Source: Acidimicrobiia bacterium
GTDB taxonomy: Bacteria > Actinomycetota > Acidimicrobiia > Spongiisociales > ZC4RG35
Assembly: GCA_040878225.1 (NCBI GenBank)
Contig: JBBDMR010000169.1
Coordinates: 1 to 46,669, forward strand
DNA: 46,669 bases
Reading direction: 5' to 3'
Shown: one piece after another, positions 18,739 through 28,490 of the stretch
How positions within the stretch are numbered: the stretch's first letter is position 1
How the letters are laid out: every line of letters starts with the position of its first letter
Notes under the pieces: model-generated
Told to the model about the DNA's origin: nothing
What the model saw: the letters and a program-made list of their open reading frames with translations, nothing else
Database searches by the model: none
Translations under genes and position numbers: made by a program

Positions 18739-19764
18739 CTATTCTTCGCCGAGCTCTCGGAGGATCGAGCCCATCCGCCGACGGCGCATCAAACCATGGC
18801 CGTCATCTTCTGAAGGCTCACTGGTCACTTCGGAAAACACCTTCTCGAGGAATGCGTCGGTGTCTTCGGCTTCGTCAGCCGTGTCGGAATCAGCATGCTC
18901 TTCGGAGACATCGTCTGTTTCCGCTGCAACAGGCTGCGGTTCCGTGTCTTCAACACCCGCATCGGTCGGCTGCTCGGCTTCGGGCTCGTCCCACCAGGAA
19001 CGGTCCGGGTCGATCTCAGTCTCATCGACGTGCGGGGACACCTCTTCGACCTGTGGGGACACCTGGTCTGCAACGTGCTCCACGGGGTCGTCGTGAACGG
19101 GGGCGATTTCGACCGCTCCATCGCCAAACACCAAAAGCTCGCTGTCCACCATGGTCGCCGCAACGCTTGCTACTGCATACCTGGTGGTGCCCAGTTTCGC
19201 GGCGAGGTCCTTGACCGATGAGCCGGAGCCGATCTCGCTGAGGAGACGCCACGATGCACGGTCGAGCTGGACGGTTTCTGCGGTGAGCGTACGGTTGAGC
19301 TTCATTGTCGCCTCGAGGTCGGGAACGCGCTTGTTGACGCTCTCCCACTGCTCCGCGCGTTTGCGACTGTCGTCGAGGATCCGCTCGAGGTCGAACGGCT
19401 CGGGTGATGCGAAAGCACTGGTTGCATCTCTTAGGACCTCGAAGTCGGCACTGTCGCCGTCCATCCTGTAGATGCTCTCCACCGTCATCTCACGAACAAG
19501 GCCCACGAGGTCTTCACTGAAGGGACCCCTGCTGCCAGCGGATGACGTTGCATCGGCGGGCGAGAGGTATCCCGAGCTGATCAGGTGGTCCTTCAAATCT
19601 TGGTCATCGAAGGTGGTGGCGAGGCCGATGCCCGCGCCCGTGACGAAAATTCGGCCGCTGATTTCTCTGTTGGTTATCTCGACCACACCGGCGTTTCCGG
19701 CGCGGGCAAGAAGTCGCAGCACCTCGTCAAGAGGCACGAATCCTAAGTTACCTGAAAGGGTCAT
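18739..19764 (-). CDS. DUF4388 (PatA_N-like) domain protein with winged-helix-like segment and acidic tail
   Basis: N-terminus LSGNLGFVPLDEVLRLL...GVVEI...GRIFV fits DUF4388; SD AAGGAG before ATG 19764; D/E-rich C-terminal third. Confidence 0.75.
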   Translation of the reverse strand: MTLSGNLGFVPLDEVLRLLARAGNAGVVEITNREISGRIFVTGAGIGLATTFDDQDLKDHLISSGYLSPADATSSAGSRGPFSEDLVGLVREMTVESIYRMDGDSADFEVLRDATSAFASPEPFDLERILDDSRKRAEQWESVNKRVPDLEATMKLNRTLTAETVQLDRASWRLLSEIGSGSSVKDLAAKLGTTRYAVASVAATMVDSELLVFGDGAVEIAPVHDDPVEHVADQVSPQVEEVSPHVDETEIDPDRSWWDEPEAEQPTDAGVEDTEPQPVAAETDDVSEEHADSDTADEAEDTDAFLEKVFSEVTSEPSEDDGHGLMRRRRMGSILRELGEE

Positions 19765-19826
19765 CTGTCGTTCCACTCCTTGCTGAAAGAGGCGTAACCA
19801 AAACTTCGGCTTCACCAGATCATCCT

Positions 19827-20585
19827 TTAGGCATTTCTGGCGGCGTCAACCATCGTATTCACACCAACTTCAACGCCCGTCCACCAGCGGAATGACTCGG
19901 CTGCCTGCGCCGCCAGGAACCACAAGCCGTCTACCACCGGAATGCCTGCTTCTCGGGCTGCCGTGACCGCCGGTGTCTCCCCAAGCCCATAAGGAAGGTC
20001 GATGAGCCCTGCAGCGGACCCGACCAGGGCTTCCGGGAGCGTCTCGCCTCTCATGCCCAGAGGCGTGCAGTTGACCAGGACATACTCCGGAGGGAGGCTT
20101 TCAAGGGCCGCGCCGGCGTGGTCGGCCACGAACGCTTCGACCCGCTCCGGATTACGCCCCCAAACGCGCACCTCGCCGGTGAAGGCTGCGAGGGCGGCGC
20201 GAGCGGAGCCTCCCGTGCCCATGAGGACGATTCGGGATGCCTCACCCATCGTCGCGAATGCCTCCCTGAAGGCGACGACATCAGACGAGTGCCCGTAGAT
20301 CGACCCTTCCACTGCCCGTAACGTGTTAACCGAGGCGGCAGTCGCCGCCTCCGGGGTCAGGCGATTGCTGACCTCATGGGCGATTCCTTTGTGGGGCATC
20401 GTGACATTGAGCCCCGTGAACTCACCATCGACGAGACGGGCGACCAGGTGGCGGAAACCATCAGCGTCGCATCGGACCAGCTCATAGGAGCCCTCCAACC
20501 CGGATTCCCGCAGCGCTGCGGTGTGCATGGCCGGAGAGAGGCTATGTGCGACAGGGTCGCCGGCAAGTGCAAACCTGTACTTCAT
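19827..20585 (-). CDS. aroE: Shikimate dehydrogenase
   Basis: GDPVAHSLSPAMH, GLNVTMPHK, SVNT, MGTGGSARA, VNCTPLGM, DGLWFLAAQA. Confidence 0.95.
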   Translation of the reverse strand: MKYRFALAGDPVAHSLSPAMHTAALRESGLEGSYELVRCDADGFRHLVARLVDGEFTGLNVTMPHKGIAHEVSNRLTPEAATAASVNTLRAVEGSIYGHSSDVVAFREAFATMGEASRIVLMGTGGSARAALAAFTGEVRVWGRNPERVEAFVADHAGAALESLPPEYVLVNCTPLGMRGETLPEALVGSAAGLIDLPYGLGETPAVTAAREAGIPVVDGLWFLAAQAAESFRWWTGVEVGVNTMVDAARNA

Positions 20586-20663
20586 GCCGGAAGTGTGGCA
20601 CGTGCTGGTGAACTGGCGTCCAATTACTGACGGCGTTTCTCGCCCTAATCAACCGTCAGACCA

Positions 20664-21761
20664 CTAGGGAAGCACCCCTTCCTCGCGGGCGCGGGCCACA
20701 TTCGCGTTGTGCTCGTCGAGCGTCGCTGCGAAAGCATGGTTTCCGTCGAGGTCGGAGAGGACATAGAACAGGTAGTCGGTCTCGTCCGGGTTGGCAGCGG
20801 CCTCAAGCGAGGCTCGCCCGGGCGCTGCAATCGGGGTCGGCGGTAGCCCGTTGACAATGTAGGTGTTGTAGGGCGAGTCGACGTCCCTGTCGAACTCGGC
20901 GATGTCCCGGGAGCCGACCGCGTACAGGACGGTGGCGTCGATATCCAACTTCATTCCGAGCTCGAGCCGGTTGTGAAGGACGCTGGACACCACCGGGCGC
21001 TCGATATCGAGCAAGACCTCGGTCTCGATGAGCGAGGCGATGATCAGCCCTTCGTAAACGGTAAAACCGAGGGATTCAACTGCTGTCCAGTCGATGCTGT
21101 CGACCCTCTGTTCCATTGTGGAGGCGAGGCGCTGCAGGATGCTGGTGGCACTCGCCGAGCTGGTGAATTCGTAGGTGTCAGGGAAGAGCAGGCCTTCCCA
21201 GTCGGCCAGGGTCTCGGCTTCCGCGACTAGCGAAGAGGTCACATCCCCCGAAAGCAACGCCGCTTCGAACTCGCTGTACCCGATGCCGGTGCTTTCCGAC
21301 AACGAGGTCAGGAGTTCTTCGATCCGGAGACCTTCGATGACCGTTACCCGGTATACATCGGCGACAGGCCCGACGACGAGCACCGCCACGACCTCGTTCG
21401 GGTCCATCAGTGTCGTCATTCGGTAGGTGCCGGCCTTCAAGTCGCCGGCTGCGTCGGAATTGCGCACGGCAACTTCGAACTCCAGGGCCGACTGCACGAC
21501 ACCGTTGGCCGCGAGGATCGCACCGATTTCCTGTGCCGAGGAGCCAGAGGGGATGTCGATCGTCACTTCCTGGCCGGGCACGACGTTCACAGGCGTCTCA
21601 GAGCCCTCGTTGTCGTCGCCGATCGCCAGACCCACCTGTCGCCCGAGATAGGAAGCGCCGCCGACGATCACAAATCCCGCGATCACGATGATGGCGAGGG
21701 CGCCGAGAACCTTCACCAGGCGGGTGGTTGGCTTCGGTTCCGGGGTGTTTTCGTAAGTCAT
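20664..21761 (-). CDS. mltG: Endolytic transglycosylase MltG
   Basis: N-terminal TM helix, EGLLFPDTY, ASLIETE (catalytic Glu), SPYNTY...GLPPTPIAAPG, YLFYV. Confidence 0.95.
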   Translation of the reverse strand: MTYENTPEPKPTTRLVKVLGALAIIVIAGFVIVGGASYLGRQVGLAIGDDNEGSETPVNVVPGQEVTIDIPSGSSAQEIGAILAANGVVQSALEFEVAVRNSDAAGDLKAGTYRMTTLMDPNEVVAVLVVGPVADVYRVTVIEGLRIEELLTSLSESTGIGYSEFEAALLSGDVTSSLVAEAETLADWEGLLFPDTYEFTSSASATSILQRLASTMEQRVDSIDWTAVESLGFTVYEGLIIASLIETEVLLDIERPVVSSVLHNRLELGMKLDIDATVLYAVGSRDIAEFDRDVDSPYNTYIVNGLPPTPIAAPGRASLEAAANPDETDYLFYVLSDLDGNHAFAATLDEHNANVARAREEGVLP

Positions 21762-22159
21762 TGGTTGTCCAGATAGTCCTGAAGGATTATTGCGGCTGCG
21801 ATCTTGTCCACATTCTGCCGACGATCGCGTCGCTTCATCCCTTTACCCAGCAGAGCTGACTCTGCCATGCGGGAGGTGAAGCGCTCGTCGTGGTAGACGA
21901 CCGGGAGATCGGTGGCATTGTGGAGGTCCTTTCCGAGGGACCGGGCTTCATCAGCAGAAGTTCCCTCGTGTCCTCCGAGTGCTGTGGGAAGACCAATGAC
22001 AATTTTAGCGATATCCATTTCTATGGCGATGCTCTTGACCACGTCGACGATCCGCTCCCGGGGCACCACATCGAGAGGTGTCGCCAGAACCCCAAGCCCA
22101 TCGGACACCGCCAGCCCCACCCGCTTGGTCCCGGAGTCGATTCCGAGGATACGGCTCAC
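21758..22159 (-). CDS. ruvX: YqgF/RuvX pre-16S rRNA nuclease
   Basis: ILGIDSGTKRVGLAVSD, IGLP, DERFTS, VDKIAAAIILQ; alaS-ruvX-mltG synteny. Confidence 0.95.
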   Translation of the reverse strand: MSRILGIDSGTKRVGLAVSDGLGVLATPLDVVPRERIVDVVKSIAIEMDIAKIVIGLPTALGGHEGTSADEARSLGKDLHNATDLPVVYHDERFTSRMAESALLGKGMKRRDRRQNVDKIAAAIILQDYLDNQ

Positions 22160-24774
22160 AGTCGCGCGAGCGCTTGTTCCGCCGCTTCCCGGGATGTGGC
22201 CAGGGCCGTATCGAGGTGGGTTCCGTCAGGACCACCTGCCTGGGCGAGGGCAGGATCGCGCGATCCCCCGCCGCCCATCGCACCGGCGCCCTCCGTAATC
22301 AGGTCTGCTGCGGACACCCCGGCTTCGACGAGGTCGGTGCTGACCAAACCGACGAGGGCCCCCTTGCCGCCGTGCCGGGAGCCGAGAATCACCACCGAGC
22401 CCCTGCCCAGGGCCTCGCCCACCAGTTGGGCCAGTTGGCGCAGTTCGTTCCCGCCCAGATCCGCCGGAGCGACGACGAGTTTGCGGTCATTGATCGTCAC
22501 TGCGGCCCCGGCGAGCTCTCGGGCCAGCTGGCCCCGCTCCCGTGACCTGACTGCCTCTACCTGCTTCTCCAGGTCGAGCGATTTCTCCAGGATCGCCTCA
22601 ACCCGGGCCGGAGCTTCCGCAGGGGCAACCTTCAAGGCCCGAGCAACGTGATCGAGATCATTCCTCATCCGGACGAGCTCGCCGAACGCCGCCATCCCGG
22701 TAAGCGCCTCGACCCGTCGCACGTTGGCACCAATCGATGACTCGCTGAGCAAAATCAGAGGGCCTACCTGGCCCGAAGTGACGGTGTGAGTACCACCGCA
22801 GAACTCGACCGAAAAGTCGCCAACACTGACGACACGCACGGTTTCTCCGTACTTGTCCCCGAAAAAAGCGATTGCGCCCATTTCCCTGGCCTGATCCTTG
22901 GAGGTGACCTCTGTCCTCACCGGGGCATTTGAGATCAGCCGCTCGTTGACTTCGGCCTCGATCTCACCCAGCTCCTCCGCAGGCAGCCCTGAGTGGTGGG
23001 AGAAGTCGAAACGAAGACGTCCCGGCTCGACCAGCGATCCGGCCTGGCTGGCATGTTCGCCAACTACATCCCTGATCGCCCAATGGAGGACATGGGTGCC
23101 GGTGTGGCTCTTGCGAATAGCCTCGCGACGGGGTGAATCGATGGATGCATTCGCCTGCTGGCCGGTGGCGATGAAACCGCGGACGATCCGCGCGCGATGG
23201 CCGTGTAGACCCTGGAGGGCGTGTTGGGTGTCGACGACCTCGGCGGCCCCGGTCCCGGTCTCTACCAGCCCGGTGTCGCCGACCTGCCCTCCGGACTCCC
23301 CGTAGAACGGGGTGGCATCGAGGAACAGTTCGACTGTTTGACCCTTCTCGGCGCGCTCTACGAGATCTCCGTCGGAGATCATCGAGAGGATGGCCCCGGT
23401 CCATGATTCGGCGTGATAACCGACGAATTGGGTCGGGCCCGCCGAGTCGAGGATTTCGCGGTAGAGGTCGGCTGCGGCTGCGGTGTCGCCACCCTTCCAG
23501 GCAAGCCGGGCCCTCTTTCGCTGTTCTTCCATAGCCGCTTCGAAACCGGCGAGATCGACCGCCACGCCCTTTTCCTGGGCGATTTCCCGGGTCAGGTCGA
23601 CCGGGAAGCCATAGGTGTCGTGGAGCTTGAAGACGGTCTCTCCTGACAGTTCGCCGCTCTCCCCGTTCAGCTCGGTTTCGAGCAGCTGGTGTCCCGACTC
23701 CAGGGTACGGCGAAAACGCTCCTCCTCCCTGGTGACCATCGCCGTGATGAAATCGCTCTTGGCAACCAGCTCAGGATAAGCCGAGCCCATGGTCTCCACC
23801 GTCGCTTCGACGAGGCCGGGAAAGACGAGGCCTTCGCCGCCGAATTGCCAGGCGTGGCGAACGGCCCGCCGCAGGATCCTGCGAAGGACATAGCCCCGCC
23901 CCTCGTTGGAGGGGACAACACCGTCAGCGATGAGAAACGTCACGGACCGTCCATGATCGGCGAGCAAGCGGAGGGAGACGTCGTCGCGCTCACTTTCTCC
24001 GTACGTGATCCCGGTGTATGCGGCCGCACGATCCCGAACTGCTTTGACTGTGTCGATATCAAAGGACGAGGAGACTCCCTGCATCACAGCGGCAATACGC
24101 TCCAGGCCCATTCCTGTGTCGATGTTCTTCGACGGCAGGTCGCCGACGACCTGGAACGGCTCATCCTGGACGTTCTGCATGAACACCAGGTTCCAGATCT
24201 CGACGAAACGATCCTCATCCCCGCCGATCGGGCCCCCATCCTCCCCAAACTCCGGTCCCTTGTCCCAGAACAGCTCCGAGCTCGGACCGCACGGGCCGGG
24301 AACACCCATCTGCCAGAAGTTGTCCCGTCCACCCCTCTGCACCCGCTCAGCAGGAACGCCGACCCCGTCGACCCAGATCTCAGCGGCTTCGTCGTCGTCT
24401 TCATAGACCGTGTACCAGAGCCGGCTGTCATCCAATCCCAGGTGCTCGGTGATGAACTCATAGGCAAACGGAATCGCCTTTTCCTTGAAGTAATCACCGA
24501 AGCTGAAGTTGCCTGCCATCTCGAAAAAAGAGAAATGACGTGTTGTGGTGCCGATGATGTCGATGTCGACAGTGCGGACACACTTCTGGATCGACACCGC
24601 CCGGTCCCACGGAGGATCCTCCTCGCCCAGGAAGTAGGGCTTGAAGGGGACCATTCCGGCGTTGTTCAAGAGCAACGTTGGGTCTACCGGGATCAACGAG
24701 GCGGAGGGTCGGAGCACGTGGCCCCGCTCTTCGAAGAAGGATGTGAACTTGTCCCGTATTTGTTGGCTGTTCAA
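22156..24774 (-). CDS. alaS: Alanine--tRNA ligase
   Basis: NAGMVPFKPYF, FFEMAGNFSFGDYFK, IDTGMGLER, editing-domain HTGTH and EFCGGTH, DHHA1 GGGGS. Start moved to TTG 24774 (MNSQQIR). Confidence 0.98.
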   Translation of the reverse strand: MNSQQIRDKFTSFFEERGHVLRPSASLIPVDPTLLLNNAGMVPFKPYFLGEEDPPWDRAVSIQKCVRTVDIDIIGTTTRHFSFFEMAGNFSFGDYFKEKAIPFAYEFITEHLGLDDSRLWYTVYEDDDEAAEIWVDGVGVPAERVQRGGRDNFWQMGVPGPCGPSSELFWDKGPEFGEDGGPIGGDEDRFVEIWNLVFMQNVQDEPFQVVGDLPSKNIDTGMGLERIAAVMQGVSSSFDIDTVKAVRDRAAAYTGITYGESERDDVSLRLLADHGRSVTFLIADGVVPSNEGRGYVLRRILRRAVRHAWQFGGEGLVFPGLVEATVETMGSAYPELVAKSDFITAMVTREEERFRRTLESGHQLLETELNGESGELSGETVFKLHDTYGFPVDLTREIAQEKGVAVDLAGFEAAMEEQRKRARLAWKGGDTAAAADLYREILDSAGPTQFVGYHAESWTGAILSMISDGDLVERAEKGQTVELFLDATPFYGESGGQVGDTGLVETGTGAAEVVDTQHALQGLHGHRARIVRGFIATGQQANASIDSPRREAIRKSHTGTHVLHWAIRDVVGEHASQAGSLVEPGRLRFDFSHHSGLPAEELGEIEAEVNERLISNAPVRTEVTSKDQAREMGAIAFFGDKYGETVRVVSVGDFSVEFCGGTHTVTSGQVGPLILLSESSIGANVRRVEALTGMAAFGELVRMRNDLDHVARALKVAPAEAPARVEAILEKSLDLEKQVEAVRSRERGQLARELAGAAVTINDRKLVVAPADLGGNELRQLAQLVGEALGRGSVVILGSRHGGKGALVGLVSTDLVEAGVSAADLITEGAGAMGGGGSRDPALAQAGGPDGTHLDTALATSREAAEQALARL

Positions 24775-24841
24775 GGTTCGATCAATACTAAGGAAGGTTT
24801 GGCCCGAATCCGGGTTGATAAAACCGACGGTGGATTCGGCA

Positions 24842-26608
24842 TCATGGCTCCTTCCGCTCCAGGGCCGCAGGGCCGAGGGCAAGACCGAGTTCGCCGAGCA
24901 GATCTTCATCGACCCATGTCGGTGCCCCGGTCATCGGGTCCGAGCCGGTCTGGGTCTTGGGGAAGGGGATCACCTCGCGGATCGAGGACTCGTTCTGGAG
25001 GACCATCACCAGCCGATCGATGCCGAAGGCGAACCCGGCGTGCGGTGGGGTTCCGTAGCGCAGCGCCTGGAGAAACCACCCGAAGCGGCGTTCGGCGACA
25101 TCAGGGGCGATTCCGAGGATGCTGAACACTTGCTTCTGAGTTTCCGGATCGTGAATACGAACCGACCCCGAACCCAACTCGACACCGTTGAGTACCGCGT
25201 CATAGGCCTTCGACAACGCGTGCCCGGGGTTGGTCGCCATCTCTTCCAGTGACGCCGGGGCTGTGAACGGATGGTGGGAGAACGTCATCTTTCCCGAGTC
25301 GTCCTCCTCGAAGAGCGGGAAGTCGATGACCCAGAGGAAGGCAAGCTCCTCATGGTCCGCAGGCCGCCCCAGATCGAGCCGCAAGGCGCCGAGAACGCCG
25401 ACAACGGTCTTCCAACGGTCGGCGACCAACAGGAGCACGTCGCCCGCAGAGGCACCCAAGCGCGCCTTGATCCCTTCTTGTTCCTGGTCAGAAAGGAACT
25501 TGGCGACCGGAGAGCGGAGAGTCCCGTCTTCTTCGACCACCATCCACACCAGTCCCCCGGCGCCAAGCTCGCGGGCGCGCTCGGTGAGAGAATCCGCGCG
25601 GCTCCGGGCCCACTCCTGGGCACCGGCATTGATCCCCCTAACCGTTCCGCCTTCGGCGATCGTCTTGGAGAACACACCGAATTCCGATTCCGCCACCAAA
25701 TCGCTGAGGTCGTTGATCTCCATGCCGAAGCGGATGTCGGGTTTGTCCGACCCGAATCTGTCCATCGCTTCCTGCCAGGTGATCCGGGGGAAATCTTCGA
25801 CGAGGGTCACCTCACGCACATCGGCCACTACCGCCTTGAGGACGCTCTCGATGGTGTCGAGCACATCTTCCCGGCCCCAGAATGAGCCCTCCAGGTCGAG
25901 TTGGGTGAATTCGAGTTGCCGATCGGCGCGAAAATCTTCGTCCCGGTAACAGCGAGCAATCTGAAAGTATCTCTCGATGCCCCCCACCATCAGCAGTTGC
26001 TTGAACAACTGGGGTGACTGGGGCAGCGCATAGAACTCACCCTGGCGCAGTCGTGATGGCACCAGCATGTCGCGGGCGCCCTCCGGCGTGCTGTTGACCA
26101 GTGTCGGGGTTTCCACCTCGAGAAAGCCCTGCTCATCGAGGGTGCGGCGGATTGCCGACGTGGCTTTCGACCGGGCCTGCAGGTTGGCGGCCATCCGGGG
26201 CCGCCTCAGGTCGAGGTATCTGTGCTGGAGCCGGATCCTCTCGTCGACTTCGATCCGGTCGTCGATCAGGAACGGCAGTGCTTCTGCCCGGGAGAGCACG
26301 ACCAGTTCCTCGACGCCCAACTCGACCTCACCTGTCGGCATGTCAGGGTTGACCGTCCCCTCGGGCCGGGCACGGACGGTCCCGCGGACACTCACGCAGA
26401 ACTCCATCCTCATTTCTTCGATTTCAGGGTGCTCCTCAGGGTCTGCGACCACCTGGACCAACCCGGACGCGTCGCGAATGTCGAGGAAAGCCACGCCTCC
26501 GTGGTCACGCCGCCGCTGGACCCATCCGGCAATGGTGACGCTCTCGCCGATCAGGGCACGGGAAACTTCTCCGGCGCGATGGGTCCGGATCACTGGTTTG
26601 TCAGCCAC
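24842..26608 (-). CDS. aspS: Aspartate--tRNA ligase, likely non-discriminating (Asp/Asn)
   Basis: RRRDHGG (His at the 31-equivalent) and RPEG (Gly at the 83-equivalent) ND signature; YALPQSPQLFKQ, CYRDED, PPHAGFAFGIDR. Confidence 0.97.
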   Translation of the reverse strand: MADKPVIRTHRAGEVSRALIGESVTIAGWVQRRRDHGGVAFLDIRDASGLVQVVADPEEHPEIEEMRMEFCVSVRGTVRARPEGTVNPDMPTGEVELGVEELVVLSRAEALPFLIDDRIEVDERIRLQHRYLDLRRPRMAANLQARSKATSAIRRTLDEQGFLEVETPTLVNSTPEGARDMLVPSRLRQGEFYALPQSPQLFKQLLMVGGIERYFQIARCYRDEDFRADRQLEFTQLDLEGSFWGREDVLDTIESVLKAVVADVREVTLVEDFPRITWQEAMDRFGSDKPDIRFGMEINDLSDLVAESEFGVFSKTIAEGGTVRGINAGAQEWARSRADSLTERARELGAGGLVWMVVEEDGTLRSPVAKFLSDQEQEGIKARLGASAGDVLLLVADRWKTVVGVLGALRLDLGRPADHEELAFLWVIDFPLFEEDDSGKMTFSHHPFTAPASLEEMATNPGHALSKAYDAVLNGVELGSGSVRIHDPETQKQVFSILGIAPDVAERRFGWFLQALRYGTPPHAGFAFGIDRLVMVLQNESSIREVIPFPKTQTGSDPMTGAPTWVDEDLLGELGLALGPAALERKEP

Positions 26609-27798
26609 AAGGCAACCTCCTGCAACGGCACCTCATAGCGCTCGTCTTCGATACGGACACTGGCGTCCTGGCCGGGCCCGTGATAGATGATCGTGGTCGG
26701 TGCCCCCGTCCGGGCTGCCGCCTTGAACTGGGCTTTCGTCGATTTGCCTTCGAGGTCGTAGTCGACGGCGAACCCGAGAACCCGCAACTCTGAGACGAGC
26801 GAAACCACCTGATCGGGGCCGGTCTCCGAAATCACGAAAACGTCGAGCGCCGGTTCTGCTGCGGCGGCAAGAGCCAGCACGATCCGATCGACACCAAGGG
26901 CAAAACCTACCCCGGGGGCACTCCTTCCGCCGAGGCTCTCTGCCAGGCCGTCGTAACGTCCCCCTCCCCCGACGGCGTTCTGTGCCGCGTCGAGGCCAAC
27001 ACCGATGTACTCGAAAGCGGTCCGCGAGTAGTAGTCCAGCCCTCTCACCAGAGTCGGGTCCTCCACATAGGAGACACCAAGCAGGTCGAGGCCCGAGAGC
27101 ACCGCGTCGTAATGATCACGGCAGGCGTCACAGAGGTAATCCCCCATTTCGGGCGCTCCTTGCACCACATCCACACAGATCTTGCAGTCGAGAATCCGCA
27201 ACGGGTTCTGTTCGATCAGCGAAGCCGAGTCGGAGCAGAGTTGGCCCTCCCGGTCGCGGAAGAATCCCCGGAGCGCTTCGAGATAGGCCGGGCGGCAGTT
27301 GGCGTCACCGAGGGTGTTCAACCGCAGCTCCAGCTGTTCGAGCCCAACGGCCTTGATGAACCGGAAGCCGAGCTCGATGACTTCCACATCGGCCAGCGCC
27401 GACACCACATCGAGATACTCCACCCCCACCTGGTAGAACTGACGGCTCCTCCCCTTCTGCGGCCTCTCGTAGCGGAACATCGGTCCGGAATAGGCTGCTT
27501 TCCAGGCCCCCTGCGAGCCAGAGTCGAGGAATGCCCTGACCACACCGGCGGTACCTTCCGGGCGCAAACTCACGGACCTTCCGCCTTTGTCCTCGAATGT
27601 GTACATCTGCTTGGTGACGACATCGGTGGTGTCGCCAACCCCGCGTTCGAACAAGTCGGTTGCCTCGAACACGGGCGATAGGATCAACGGATAGCCGAAT
27701 CGCTCCGACCATTCTTCCCACGCGACAAGGATGCGCCGCCACACTGCCGATTCGGGCAGGTGGATGTCGGAGACGCCTTTTGGCGGTTGGAAGCTCAT
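26590..27798 (-). CDS. hisS: Histidine--tRNA ligase
   Basis: LRPEGTA, FRYERPQKGR, LVRGLDYY, GGGRYDGL, GFALGVDR. Confidence 0.98.
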   Translation of the reverse strand: MSFQPPKGVSDIHLPESAVWRRILVAWEEWSERFGYPLILSPVFEATDLFERGVGDTTDVVTKQMYTFEDKGGRSVSLRPEGTAGVVRAFLDSGSQGAWKAAYSGPMFRYERPQKGRSRQFYQVGVEYLDVVSALADVEVIELGFRFIKAVGLEQLELRLNTLGDANCRPAYLEALRGFFRDREGQLCSDSASLIEQNPLRILDCKICVDVVQGAPEMGDYLCDACRDHYDAVLSGLDLLGVSYVEDPTLVRGLDYYSRTAFEYIGVGLDAAQNAVGGGGRYDGLAESLGGRSAPGVGFALGVDRIVLALAAAAEPALDVFVISETGPDQVVSLVSELRVLGFAVDYDLEGKSTKAQFKAAARTGAPTTIIYHGPGQDASVRIEDERYEVPLQEVALWLTNQ

Positions 27799-27845
27799 GA
27801 ATAGCGCAGGTTAGGCGGTGAAGGCCAGGTATCCCCACACCGCGT

Positions 27846-28490
27846 TCACAACCCCTGGATGAACGGATTCGTCTTTCGTTCGTGTCCGATGCTGGTCTCA
27901 GGGCCATGCCCGGGCAGGACCCGGACGCCGTCATCGAGTGTCAGGACGCTCACCGCCATCGACTCGAGCAGTTGGGTGTGAGAACCCCCGGGCAGATCTG
28001 TCCTCCCCACACTCCCGGCGAAGAGCTGGTCACCGGAGAACAGGGTGCCCTCCTCTGCGACGTAGAAACAGCAGTGGCCCGGTGTGTGGCCCGGTGTGTG
28101 GCGGGTCTCGAAGCGGAAGCCGGCGAGGTCGAGCACCTGTCTGTCTTCGAGGTCGGTGAGCTTATCGGGGACCTCATAGGAGCCCGGTGGCTCGGTGCCG
28201 AATATCTGCCTCAGCTGTTCTCTGGGGTTGAGCGTGAGAAAGTCGTCATCGGGATGGACATACACCTCGCTTCGGTGGCGGGACACGAACTCCCCCGCGC
28301 CTCCGGCATGGTCGACGTGGCCGTGAGTGAGGAGCACCGCCCCCACGGTCACCTTGTGGTCGAGCACTACCTGGCTGACCAGGTCGGGATCCGGTGGGAC
28401 ATCGACGAGGACACCCACACGGTCCTGAGGGTCGTAGACGAGATAGGAGTTGGTAGCGGCGAACCAGGCCGGTGTGGCGACGACCTTCAC
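27846..28490 (-). CDS. Metallo-beta-lactamase-fold hydrolase (glyoxalase II/YcbL-like)
   Basis: THGHVDH, HTPGHTPG, SGDQLF..SVGRTD, PGHG; conserved position upstream of hisS. Confidence 0.92.
   Translation of the reverse strand: MKVVATPAWFAATNSYLVYDPQDRVGVLVDVPPDPDLVSQVVLDHKVTVGAVLLTHGHVDHAGGAGEFVSRHRSEVYVHPDDDFLTLNPREQLRQIFGTEPPGSYEVPDKLTDLEDRQVLDLAGFRFETRHTPGHTPGHCCFYVAEEGTLFSGDQLFAGSVGRTDLPGGSHTQLLESMAVSVLTLDDGVRVLPGHGPETSIGHERKTNPFIQGL

Noticed and set aside
20627-20659. CTGACGG/CCGTCAG inverted repeat after mltG (and ACCACCT/AGGTGGT at 41836-41859) as intrinsic terminators
   Set aside because: 7-bp stems with long loops and no U-tract; too weak to call.
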